From assembly GCA_048886185.1 (NCBI GenBank), contig JBHLKY010000014.1:60001-92000 (forward strand): a stretch of 32,000 nucleotides of DNA, in the 5' to 3' direction. Source of the DNA: Candidatus Hermodarchaeota archaeon. GTDB taxonomy: Archaea > Asgardarchaeota > Heimdallarchaeia > Hodarchaeales > Hodarchaeaceae. Each line of letters opens with the position of its first letter. The first letter of the stretch is position 1. The notes beneath the pieces are model-generated. The model was given only the letters and a program-made list of their open reading frames with translations, was not told the origin of the DNA and ran no database searches. This document shows, in pieces, positions 1 through 8,893 of this stretch. Both the position numbers and the translations under genes were made by a program.

Positions 1-1026
1 AAATTGACAGCAAGCTTTTTTATCTAATTCTTTCATTTTAATTTCTTGACCATAATATCCTAGTTGAAGAGGCCTTAATATTGCCAAATTAATATTTTTT
101 TCAAGGATTTTCAGAGCTTCTAACGACATAATTTCGTTGTTATAATTGAAACATGTTGGAGACACAATGGTTGAGACTTGATATTTGTTAGCAACTTTTT
201 TACAAACCTGTTCACAATATATCTGACAGTATAAACACAAAGAAGAATGGTGTTTGAACAACGCTAAAAGCTCTTCTATGCGTACAATAGTTATGTCTTG
301 ACTAAACAGCAATTGTATATGTTCTAGGAAATTTTCCTCAGATGTTTTTCCAGTTTTAAAAAAAATTGGGGTAATTTTAACTCCTCTTTTCTTCATTAAC
401 CAAGCTGCTAATATTGAATTGAAGTTAGGCTTTAGTAAAGCAATCGCTGTGCCTTGAGATCGAGATGGTAAGCCATCCATCCCTTTATAAATATGTGAAT
501 AGATAAAACATAATATCCCACTAATATCCAAGTGAATTTGAAATTTTGGCGCTTCAAGATCTACTTTGATTCCTTCCAACGGATAAGCTAAGATCTCAGC
601 GCCAAGTTTACTGGCAATTTCTATTGAGGAGAATGGGTGAGACCCCTCACGACGAGCCCTTATAGCAAAACTAGTATAAGGTTGAATTATATTAATTGCT
701 TCTGACTTTCCTGCAGAAAGTATGGAATTTTCTGTTGCTTCAACAACGAGCACGGGACTTACAGAAGACACTCCACTGATTGAGGTAACGATACTGAATG
801 CAAGTTTATCAAGATCAATGCTCGATTCTGAATAGATGATTAATCGATTTCGATAATTAAGAATATTAAAGGTAAATATATGCCGAAAACGAGCTTTTAT
901 ATTATGTTGAAGCTGGTCTATCATATATCGACGAGTCTGTCGGCTTTTTATCCCTAGTTCACCACCAATACGGATTAATAATACACGCTTGTTTATCAAG
1001 AAAGAGTATTTCGCGTTATATGCCAT
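1..1026 (-). CDS. ThiI-like protein (THUMP + PP-loop fold) with degenerate PP-loop; runs off the window edge, 3' end missing
   Basis: Not in the ORF track because there is no stop in the window. Hand translation from ATG at 1026 is open to position 1. It shows the N-terminal LLIRIGGELGIKSR, THUMP-like SFAIRARREG and KVDLEAP, then DGLPSRSQGTAIALLKPNFNSILAAWLMKKRG (canonical GGLP.G.QG..L.LLSGGIDS.VAA.LMMKRG), CLYC and LRPL. Confidence 0.8.
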   Translation of the reverse strand, partial: MAYNAKYSFLINKRVLLIRIGGELGIKSRQTRRYMIDQLQHNIKARFRHIFTFNILNYRNRLIIYSESSIDLDKLAFSIVTSISGVSSVSPVLVVEATENSILSAGKSEAINIIQPYTSFAIRARREGSHPFSSIEIASKLGAEILAYPLEGIKVDLEAPKFQIHLDISGILCFIYSHIYKGMDGLPSRSQGTAIALLKPNFNSILAAWLMKKRGVKITPIFFKTGKTSEENFLEHIQLLFSQDITIVRIEELLALFKHHSSLCLYCQIYCEQVCKKVANKYQVSTIVSPTCFNYNNEIMSLEALKILEKNINLAILRPLQLGYYGQEIKMKELDKKACCQF

Positions 1027-1119
1027 ATTGATGCCTTACTTGAAGACCAGTCTTATTATGATGCAAAGAGCTTAGATTCTCTACAAACCTATACTTCAAA
1101 GGATTCTTAACCTCAAGAC

Positions 1120-1192
1120 AGCTAGCGAATCAGAGTAACTATAAGATTTCATTGCTTAGCTCATCCTTGTCAGGTTTCATCATTTCGCAGCC
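1120..1192 (-). ncRNA. Candidate double-guide box C/D sRNA (LSU rRNA 2'-O-methylation guide)
   Basis: Minus strand reads GCGAA-AUGAUGA (C, 1183-1177)-AACCUGACAAGG-AUGA (D')-GCUAAGCA-AUGAAAU (degenerate C')-CUUAUAGUUACU-CUGA (D, 1133-1130)-UUCGC. The GCGAA/UUCGC terminal stem is present and both guides complement conserved LSU rRNA segments. Confidence 0.8.
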
Positions 1193-1212
1193 GTGGAATC
1201 AGAATATAGGAT

Positions 1213-1638
1213 TTAAAGCTCTTCATCTAGCTCCTCGTCTTCTTCTTCAGTGAGCTCTTGGGAGGCCCGTATTAATTCTGCAGCATTAAATTGTTGTTCA
1301 AATCTCCGCCAAACTGCTGGTTTTAATTTTTCATTAAGGCTTTTAATTTCCTTTTCTACTACCTTTTTAGCTTTTTCACGATCTTCAGGTAACTCTGTGA
1401 AACCCCATGTTGAAGCAGGGGGAGCTTTTGGATCTTTTTTTATTAAATATACAGAATTTTCTTGTTGTTGAAACGAAAAAAATTCAGGTTGAACAAGGGG
1501 GCAATCAATATATCTACATGTTCCTGTAACAGTAAAGAGATGATTGCAGCGCTTTTTCGGAGATGTGGCAGCCGATTTATAGGCACATTGCCCATTTGCG
1601 AGGTATCTCCAGGTGGGGATTAACTGAGATGATTCCAT
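1213..1638 (-). CDS. Mak16 (L28e/Mak16 family) homolog
   Basis: W-x7-C..RCNHLFTVTGTC-x4-CPL..VYLIKK..P..TW..KAK..RRF matches the eukaryotic Mak16 N-terminal domain (FCS..FCRNEY.VTGLC.R.SCPL..YLYMK..LWE..KAL..QRF). It has four Cys (18, 31, 41, 46) and an acidic tail. Confidence 0.8.
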   Translation of the reverse strand: MESSQLIPTWRYLANGQCAYKSAATSPKKRCNHLFTVTGTCRYIDCPLVQPEFFSFQQQENSVYLIKKDPKAPPASTWGFTELPEDREKAKKVVEKEIKSLNEKLKPAVWRRFEQQFNAAELIRASQELTEEEDEELDEEL

Positions 1639-1691
1639 TTCTTGTCACACAATTATAGGTCATATAGTAGCTTTTAATACTAGCTTGTAAC

Positions 1692-1795
1692 AGCCGCTGG
1701 TGGGATTTTCATACATGATTCATCAGGATCCTATATCTTGAACCCACGACCAACAGATTACAAGTCTGTCGCTCTACCAACTAAGCCACAGCGGC
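1692..1795 (-). tRNA. tRNA-Thr(UGU) with 31-nt intron in the T-loop (1706-1736, position 59/60)
   Basis: Acceptor stem GCCGCUG/CAGCGGC and anticodon arm ACAGA-CUUGUAA-UCUGU. The T-arm GUGGG-UUCAAG/U-CCCAC is interrupted by an insert that forms a clean BHB (central helix UUCA/UGAA, bulges AGA and AAU). CCA is not encoded. Confidence 0.92.
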
Positions 1796-1896
1796 ATGGA
1801 TTTTTCTTTCTACCATTTTTTGTATATGAGTTATTTGATAGACCTTTCCATACCTTATTTCTAATTCCTCCCTTTTTGGAAGAATTTAAATTTGTT

Positions 1897-2283
1897 TCAT
1901 TGTAATTCAAGAAATCGTTGATTGCGGATATAGAGGGATTTTATTCCTTTTTTACGGGCCATGCTTTTCAGTTTTCGATCATTTGTGGCAATTATCCCGC
2001 TTCTTTCTTTTCCATAATATAACAGTATAAAATCAATATTCCGATGGTGGTATTCTGAGGGCCATTGTTTACAATATTTATGCACAAATTCTATTGCAAC
2101 GCGAGAAATCTGCCGTTCTTTTGGAGTTCCCTCTAAATGTAACTTTTCAAGTTCAGAGAATATTGGGTCTAGCACGATCAATTCTTTTTTTCTAGGAATG
2201 ACTCGATCTAACTCATATGACAAGTTGAAACTGGGCATTTGTCCAAGTGCCATTAAAAAATTTGTATCTAAAAAAATCTGCAA
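1897..2283 (-). CDS. PIN-domain ribonuclease (Fcf1/Utp24-like)
   Basis: IFLDTNFL, ELEKL, IDFILL and IIATNDRKL motifs; sits downstream of aIF2-gamma as in the conserved archaeal cluster. TTG start. Confidence 0.85.
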   Translation of the reverse strand: MQIFLDTNFLMALGQMPSFNLSYELDRVIPRKKELIVLDPIFSELEKLHLEGTPKERQISRVAIEFVHKYCKQWPSEYHHRNIDFILLYYGKERSGIIATNDRKLKSMARKKGIKSLYIRNQRFLELQ

Positions 2284-2309
2284 ACATTCTTTATTTGATA
2301 ATGAGGTTT

Positions 2310-3602
2310 CTAATTTGTTCGTTGTTCTTTCCCACCTTCAATAACTCCCCACCCTATTAGTCTCCATCTACGATCTATTTGACGGCTAATTGCGACTCGG
2401 GTGCCTAATTCAGCACAAACAGGAAGACGAAGATCTACTTGAATACCCTTTTTACTGGTTTTTGTTACTTTACCAACGGTTTTGGCAGTAGCAACGCTCA
2501 ACATAAGGTTTTCATTTAATTCAATGTCATGAACTAAAGTCTGAACTTCACTCCCAACGACACGCTCTAAAAGATGTCTATCAAGTTCTAAAAGATTCCA
2601 AACTGGTGGAAGTTCTTCAGGATATCCAACTACATGCCCTACGAGAGAATCACTTTTCGTTAAAGAGGGATCAACTTCTGTTCCAATTCCGATAAGCCCT
2701 CCTGGTAATGCGGTCTCTAGTTCACCAAACCCACTTCTTAAGCTTACAATTTTTGTGCGGATAACTTGCCATTTACTACCTTTTCGATTTCCAGGCAGTA
2801 TTTCGATTTCATCGTTAACTGAGAACTTTCCTTGAACAATACTTCCTCCCACAACTCCGCCCTTCAAGTTTGTAGGAGATTGTCCTGGTCTATTCACATC
2901 AAAGGAGCGAGCTACTAGCATCCGAGGTGTAATACTTTCATCTCGTTTTGGTGTTGGGATCTGCTCCTCAATATTTTGAATTAACATATCAATATTAGTG
3001 TGGTGAATGGCGCTAATAGGGATTATGGGAGAATTTTTGGCACTAGTTTTTGAAATAAACTTTACAAGATCTTTATAATTTTGAATTGCCGCCTTTTCAG
3101 AAACTAATTCAATTTTATTTTGACATAAAATAACTTTCTCCATCCCTATGATCTCCATTGCTGCAAGATGTTCACGAGTTTGAGGCATAGGAACTCTTTC
3201 ATTAGCTGCAACGACTAAAAGGGCTCCGTCCATTATACTTGCTCCAGATAGCATGGTTGCCATTAGTACCTCATGGCCTGGAGCATCAACAAATGCAACT
3301 CGACGAAGGAGAGTTGTTTCTTTCCCACAGATGGGGCACTTTTCTTGAGTAGTATATTTTGCTGGACTCTCACAATCAGGACAAGCCCGGAATTCTGTTT
3401 CAGCATATCCTAATCGGATAGAGATTCCACGACGGATTTCCTCACTGTGTGTGTCGGGAAATTTTCCCGTTAGGGCTTCGGTTAAAGTTGACTTTCCATG
3501 GTCTACGTGCCCAATCATTCCTATTGAGATCTCTGCTTGTTTGGGCTTTTCTGGGGATTCAGTCTTTTTTTTGGCTGGAGATCTTCTTTTCTTTTTTGTC
3601 AT
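2310..3602 (-). CDS. eif2g: Translation initiation factor 2 subunit gamma
   Basis: GHVDHGKST, RGISIRLGY, CxxC/CxxC zinc ribbon, DAPGHE, NKIE and C-terminal RWRLIGWG. Confidence 0.97.
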   Translation of the reverse strand: MTKKKRRSPAKKKTESPEKPKQAEISIGMIGHVDHGKSTLTEALTGKFPDTHSEEIRRGISIRLGYAETEFRACPDCESPAKYTTQEKCPICGKETTLLRRVAFVDAPGHEVLMATMLSGASIMDGALLVVAANERVPMPQTREHLAAMEIIGMEKVILCQNKIELVSEKAAIQNYKDLVKFISKTSAKNSPIIPISAIHHTNIDMLIQNIEEQIPTPKRDESITPRMLVARSFDVNRPGQSPTNLKGGVVGGSIVQGKFSVNDEIEILPGNRKGSKWQVIRTKIVSLRSGFGELETALPGGLIGIGTEVDPSLTKSDSLVGHVVGYPEELPPVWNLLELDRHLLERVVGSEVQTLVHDIELNENLMLSVATAKTVGKVTKTSKKGIQVDLRLPVCAELGTRVAISRQIDRRWRLIGWGVIEGGKEQRTN

Positions 3603-3620
3603 AAGAATCCACGAAATGAT

Positions 3621-4001
3621 TCATAACAATTCTTCTATAGCTTTGCTGCTTTCGTCTCTTTCAAGGATTTTAAGATTTATCTGATAAATATCTTCGCTAA
3701 TCATTCTACCACGAACGCGTTTTCGTCTTCTTTTCCCTTTTCTATCTGGTTTATATCCAACTCCCCGATGGCCAATAAGTATTCGTTTTGGTGTTGCACC
3801 TTCGACTCCAGGAGCCATAGGAAACCCAGAATGATCAGACCCCCCTGTTATTTTAAATGAATAGCCATCAAAACCTATGAAACTTCCTTCTAACTCATCC
3901 CCAACTTTTTTTCCGATTAAATGACGAGTCAGTGCATCATCATCTATTTCTTTCTTGTAACTCTGCTTTCCATCAGCTAAATTAAGTTGAAATCTGACCA
4001 T
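3621..4001 (-). CDS. rps6e: Ribosomal protein S6e
   Basis: LIGKKVGDE, KITGGSDHSGFPM, RRRKRVRG and QINLKI. Confidence 0.96.
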   Translation of the reverse strand: MVRFQLNLADGKQSYKKEIDDDALTRHLIGKKVGDELEGSFIGFDGYSFKITGGSDHSGFPMAPGVEGATPKRILIGHRGVGYKPDRKGKRRRKRVRGRMISEDIYQINLKILERDESSKAIEELL

Positions 4002-4190
4002 TTTATCGTCTCATATCTTTTTATTGAATAACTTATTAGAATGACCGTGGTGATCTCTATCTAGATGTTCTTTAGGTTATACGTGTCATATCGTGTCAAA
4101 TCTCTTTCTATTCTTAATAGTTCTTATAATTCTCGAACAGCATTACATGTTATTTTCCACCCATTTTTAATCCATTAATATTCATATTAT

Positions 4191-4218
4191 TAGATTAATA
4201 GGGATAGATTAATAGGGA
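4191..4218. repeat. Perfect 14-bp tandem duplication (TAGATTAATAGGGA x2)
   Basis: Read directly at 4191-4204 and 4205-4218 in the aIF5B-rps6e spacer. Confidence 0.9.
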
Positions 4219-4322
4219 AATTACCTAAGAGATTTTTTATTTATAGTAATCAAAGTTTAAAGCAGATTTTATACTCTTAACGATCGTTTTTTAAGAAATA
4301 GTTGATGGATCAGTCCATCTAT

Positions 4323-6116
4323 TCATAAACCCCAATACTTATTCACTGTTCGCCGTTTAATCTCGATCAGCTCTGTAAGAGCGTCCATCTCTGATCCAGA
4401 AAGCATCTTTTGTTCTGTAATTTTCCGTGCATCAGATTCAGGGACGTCAACCCACAACTCATCTCCTTCTTTAATCTGACGTCCCGCGGTTGGGCCACGA
4501 ATAGCTACTGCTACTTGATCGCTCACTTTAGCTTGAGGAATATTTTTTCCACTATCTTGGATTTGTAACAAGAAACCGATTCTTTTATTCTCTCGATTAA
4601 TTAGATTGGTTTGAGGCGTTAACAGACCTGCTAGTACCTCAACTCCTAATATACATGGTTTACTTTGTCTAAATACATATGGAAGAACTTTAATTTTACT
4701 TGGACGAACAATACCTTTAAGCGCCTCCTCCTCAAGACGCTGTTGAATCTCAAAACGATGTGCCTCATATTCTTCTGCTAAACGATAAATTATGTCATTC
4801 TGAATGATTGGAATGTCTGACTTTCTTGCTTCCTCTTGTGCATCTAGAAGGGCATTTATTCGAAATCCTAAGATAACTCCATAATATTCATTTTTCTCTT
4901 TGGATAATGATGCCTGATATACGTCTTTTTTCGTAATGTCTCCTACTGCTGCAAAACGAATTTGGATATTTGAATCTCTAAGAAAATTTACAAGCGCTTC
5001 CAAGGAACCTAGGGTATCAGCTTTAACAATAACTCCTGCCTCATCAGTTTCAACAAGTATCCTTGCTAATTCGTCTTCAATTTTTGAAATTGCTTTTTCT
5101 ACATCTTTATCTTCGACCACATAGAGCGAAGAGCCTGCAATAGCCTCATCAATATTAGGAGCTGTCAATTTAACTCCAATTGCAGCTACTGCTTTATCAA
5201 CGCTATCAAATTTTTTCCGTGGATCACGAATTTCATCTAAATCCTTTGGAAGTAGGATTGCACGAACATAGGTAGAAATAGGCCCATTTTTTCCAGCTAG
5301 AACTATACGTGAATTTTGCTTGATGGTACCATCAAAAAGAATTACATCTAGAGTAGTTCCTAGTCCCACTTCCTTTTTCACTTCCAGGACAACCCCTTTT
5401 CCTTTGTCTAAATGCAATTCCAACTGTTTTTTCAAGTATTGCTCTGTAAGACTGGCAAGAACAAGGAATAATTCAGGGATACCCTCTCCTGTTATTGCAG
5501 ATGTAGGAATGATAGCGATTTTCTTAGCAAAGTTTTTTATTCTATCAAATCTATCTGGTTCAAGATTATAATGACTTAATTCAGTCATGATTTCATAAAT
5601 AATTGATTGAAGAGCTTCTAATGTGCCACTAGACTGTTTTGACAGGGATTTCACTAATGTGAGGTCAGGATAACTTTTCCAGCCTGGAAGACGATCGATT
5701 TTATTAGCTGCTATTAAAAATGGTACTTTCTGTTTAACTAAAATCCTTAATGATTCTACAGTTTGAGGTTGTATCCCTCGCCGAACATCAATTACCAATA
5801 TAGCAAAATTAGCAGAAGAAGCCCCTCGACTTCTAAGATTATAAAAAGATGAATGGCCTGGTGTATCAATGATGAGAATCCCAGGGATTTTCATTTTTCT
5901 TTTAGATTGTTCTAACAAGGTTCCACAAAGAGCAATAACAGTTTCGATAGGGAAAAAACTTGCGCCTATATGTTGTGTTATTCCCCCTGATTCGCGAGCT
6001 TGTACTGCTGTCCCCCGAACTTTATCTAATAAACTAGTCTTACCTGAATCCACATGACCAAGAATGACCGTGATGGGACTTCGCATTTGACCTATTTCTT
6101 CCTCTTTGTTTGTCAA
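4323..6116 (-). CDS. infB: Translation initiation factor aIF5B (IF2)
   Basis: RSPITVILGHVDSGKT, GGITQHIGAS, DTPGH, NKID and DTLGSLEAL. The start is either TTG at 6116 or a downstream ATG. Confidence 0.97.
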   Translation of the reverse strand: MTNKEEEIGQMRSPITVILGHVDSGKTSLLDKVRGTAVQARESGGITQHIGASFFPIETVIALCGTLLEQSKRKMKIPGILIIDTPGHSSFYNLRSRGASSANFAILVIDVRRGIQPQTVESLRILVKQKVPFLIAANKIDRLPGWKSYPDLTLVKSLSKQSSGTLEALQSIIYEIMTELSHYNLEPDRFDRIKNFAKKIAIIPTSAITGEGIPELFLVLASLTEQYLKKQLELHLDKGKGVVLEVKKEVGLGTTLDVILFDGTIKQNSRIVLAGKNGPISTYVRAILLPKDLDEIRDPRKKFDSVDKAVAAIGVKLTAPNIDEAIAGSSLYVVEDKDVEKAISKIEDELARILVETDEAGVIVKADTLGSLEALVNFLRDSNIQIRFAAVGDITKKDVYQASLSKEKNEYYGVILGFRINALLDAQEEARKSDIPIIQNDIIYRLAEEYEAHRFEIQQRLEEEALKGIVRPSKIKVLPYVFRQSKPCILGVEVLAGLLTPQTNLINRENKRIGFLLQIQDSGKNIPQAKVSDQVAVAIRGPTAGRQIKEGDELWVDVPESDARKITEQKMLSGSEMDALTELIEIKRRTVNKYWGL

Positions 6117-6427
6117 ATGTTTTCACGCCACCAAACTGACTTCTTGATTCAACAAAAGCTCCAATAATTAGTATACACCTTTGAACTGTGTCTGATCTAA
6201 TCATTATTTTAGAGATTAATACAGATTATATTAACAGAGAGATTATGGTTCAAGTGTGTTGTTCTAATTTACTAAACAACCATATTATTCTCAGATCTAT
6301 CAAATTACTATTCAATCTATATCTTTTTCTTTTACAAATAGTTGGCGTAAAAAATATAATTTCTTCTCAACGAAGGTGGATAGAATAAATATAGTGTTCC
6401 CTTGATAAAAAGGAGATTGAATTAACA

Positions 6428-6841
6428 TTGAGACGGGATACTACTCATTACTTTATTTTTCCTGAATATTTAAATCAATCACTTACTCGTAAAGAAGGGC
6501 GTCGAATATCTCTAGAAGAAGCTGTAGAGAATCCTACGATTACTGAAATTCGATTAGCAGCAGAAAAATTAGAACTTGACTATGAAATCAAGAAATATGC
6601 TGCGTATCCCCGACATTGGTGGGAAAGGAACGGTCTTATTTTAGTCGAGAAAAAACAATCTAAATTACAGACTCTGAAAGATTTATCTAGTGAAATCAAG
6701 ACATATATACGTCCTGCAATAGAGAAACAGAAAAAAGCATTAGTAAAAGAGGCAAAGAAAAGGAAAATAATTAAACATTCTCCAGAAAAAAGATCAGTAG
6801 TTAGAAAATCCCAAGAATTCCGTCCAAAACGACGAAAGTGA
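6428..6841 (+). CDS. srp19: Signal recognition particle protein SRP19
   Basis: IFPEY, TRKEGRRI, NPTITEI and YPRHWW motifs, plus a basic C-terminal extension. TTG start. Confidence 0.93.
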   Translation: MRRDTTHYFIFPEYLNQSLTRKEGRRISLEEAVENPTITEIRLAAEKLELDYEIKKYAAYPRHWWERNGLILVEKKQSKLQTLKDLSSEIKTYIRPAIEKQKKALVKEAKKRKIIKHSPEKRSVVRKSQEFRPKRRK

Positions 6842-6911
6842 TGATAAACATTAGTTTGACAAAAGATCATTTTTTTTAGTACTTTTTTCTTTAGCCTTTT
6901 AATAAGAAAAA

Positions 6912-7565
6912 ATGGTGTTTCTCCTGCCAAAAAAGCGCGATTTTTATTCTAAAAAAGCTAAATACGAGGGATACAGAAGCCGAGCTGCTTACAAACTTCT
7001 ACAAATTGATAATAAGTTTAAATTGTTTCACCCAAACCAGACAGTTATTGATCTATGTGGAGCACCAGGAGGATTCTCTCAAATAGCTCGAGATAAAACT
7101 AATGGAGAAGCACGTATTTTTTTAGTTGATATAGCTCGTACTAAACCAATTCCAAACATCACTGAAATTATCAAAGGAGACATCACGAAATTGCAAACAA
7201 TTCTTCAATTACAAAAAAGTCTAGAAAAACAGGGGGCAGATAACAACGAAATTGTTGTACTGGCTGATTGTTCTCCGAACGTTTCAGGTCACTGGACAAT
7301 GGATCATACTCGGCAAATTTGGTTAGCAGAAGTGGCTTTAGGAATATCGAATTATTTTTTAGCTGAAAAATTTGTAACCAAGGTATTTCAAGGTGAATTT
7401 TTTCAAGAATTACTAGATAAGATCAATGTGTCATATCAGAGTGTTAAAATTTTTAAACCACCTACCTCACGAAAAAAAAGTGCTGAAACTTATATCATTG
7501 CATTAGAGAATAAAAATAGGGGAACAGAACGATATAACCAGAAACATCTTGTTAAAAACATTTAA
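6912..7565 (+). CDS. rlmE: RlmE/FtsJ rRNA 2'-O-methyltransferase
   Basis: YRSRAAYKL, DLCGAPGGFSQ, LADCSPN, TKVFQG and SRKKSAETY (K-D-K-E tetrad). Confidence 0.93.
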   Translation: MVFLLPKKRDFYSKKAKYEGYRSRAAYKLLQIDNKFKLFHPNQTVIDLCGAPGGFSQIARDKTNGEARIFLVDIARTKPIPNITEIIKGDITKLQTILQLQKSLEKQGADNNEIVVLADCSPNVSGHWTMDHTRQIWLAEVALGISNYFLAEKFVTKVFQGEFFQELLDKINVSYQSVKIFKPPTSRKKSAETYIIALENKNRGTERYNQKHLVKNI

Positions 7566-7584
7566 ATCGTTAGTAGGGAATTTA

Positions 7585-8763
7585 ATGAAACTTAAAGAAA
7601 TAACAGAAGGCCAAGGTACTTTTTTTATTCCAAAGACAAAGACCCAGAACTATACACCAAGACGCTCAGATGGAGTATTTTTTAATCCTCATCAAGAAAT
7701 AAATCGTGATTTTTCAATTCTATCATTGCGTGCATATGGCAAAATAAATTCAAAAAGTGAATTGAGAGCATGTGAACCTTTATGCGGAATAGGGATACGC
7801 AGTGCCCGCTATGTAGTGGAGGCGCCGATTTCTAGCATTTATTGTAATGATATCAATACTAATGCAGTTAAGATAGCAAAAAAAAATATTAAACGTCTTT
7901 CGAACGATAAAACGAATAAGATAAAGTTTTTTAATTTAGACGCTAACTTTTTCCTTCAAACCCTTAGCAGAAAGCATGTAATTTTTGATTTTATAGATAT
8001 TGATCCATTTGGTACACCTATCCCTTTTATTCAGAACAGCATTCAACTGATTACTCTTCATGGACTACTTGCTTTTACAGCTACAGACTTAGCAACCCTT
8101 GCTGGAATATATCCACGAGCGCTTTATGCAAAATATAGTGTGAGTCACTTTGGTACTCGTGTTGGGAATATTCATGAAATTGCTTCACGAGTCCTTATAA
8201 CAGGTATCCAACATGTTGGATTGACTCAAGGGCAATCTCTTATCCCTATTGTTACGTTGTACCATAGGCATTTTGTGAGGTGTTTTTTGATTCGGAATAG
8301 AGGAGTTGATGGTGTTCTTGATCACACTGGATTTATTAATCTCTGTAAAAATTGCCAAACTAGGTATTATAGCCATTTAGGTGAAAAAAGTTTTAACTGT
8401 CCTAACTGTGGGGATTTTGATGTAATTAAAATTGGCCCCTTATACCTAGGGAGTATTCAACAGCCAAAATACTTATCGTCAATGCTTCAGGATGAACATC
8501 TAAAAAAATTAGGAAATGAGAAAAGACTGAGGAAACTTTTACATTTAATGATTGAGGAGTCGTCAATAGAAATACCTTGGACGTTTGATCTACCAAATTT
8601 AGCTAAAAAATGTGGGGTTCCAGTTCCACCAACAGTGGAGATAATTAGGATCCTACAAGAAATGGATTACAAATGCTATCGAACACACTTTTCGGGAACT
8701 AGTCTAAAGACTGATGCGAATGAAAACGAATTATGCTCAATTATTAGTTCTTTCAAACCCTGA
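7585..8763 (+). CDS. trm1: tRNA (guanine26-N2)-dimethyltransferase Trm1
   Basis: VFFNP..NRD, GIGIRSARY, NDIN, DIDPFGTP, FTATD, CKNC/CPNC and GPLYLG. ATG at 7585 is preferred over the ORF-track start at 7549. Confidence 0.93.
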   Translation: MKLKEITEGQGTFFIPKTKTQNYTPRRSDGVFFNPHQEINRDFSILSLRAYGKINSKSELRACEPLCGIGIRSARYVVEAPISSIYCNDINTNAVKIAKKNIKRLSNDKTNKIKFFNLDANFFLQTLSRKHVIFDFIDIDPFGTPIPFIQNSIQLITLHGLLAFTATDLATLAGIYPRALYAKYSVSHFGTRVGNIHEIASRVLITGIQHVGLTQGQSLIPIVTLYHRHFVRCFLIRNRGVDGVLDHTGFINLCKNCQTRYYSHLGEKSFNCPNCGDFDVIKIGPLYLGSIQQPKYLSSMLQDEHLKKLGNEKRLRKLLHLMIEESSIEIPWTFDLPNLAKKCGVPVPPTVEIIRILQEMDYKCYRTHFSGTSLKTDANENELCSIISSFKP

Positions 8764-8893
8764 CCACCTTAAAATCAATACAGAGTTTAGTATGCCTTCT
8801 TAATTTAGGTTGATTTACAATAAAACAAAAAAAAGAGTTATATTTTTGTATAAAACACATTTTTATGTTAAAATAAACATTAAAGATTACCCG

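Noticed and set aside
6838-6844. GTGATGA at the SRP19 stop
   Set aside because: No D box follows it.
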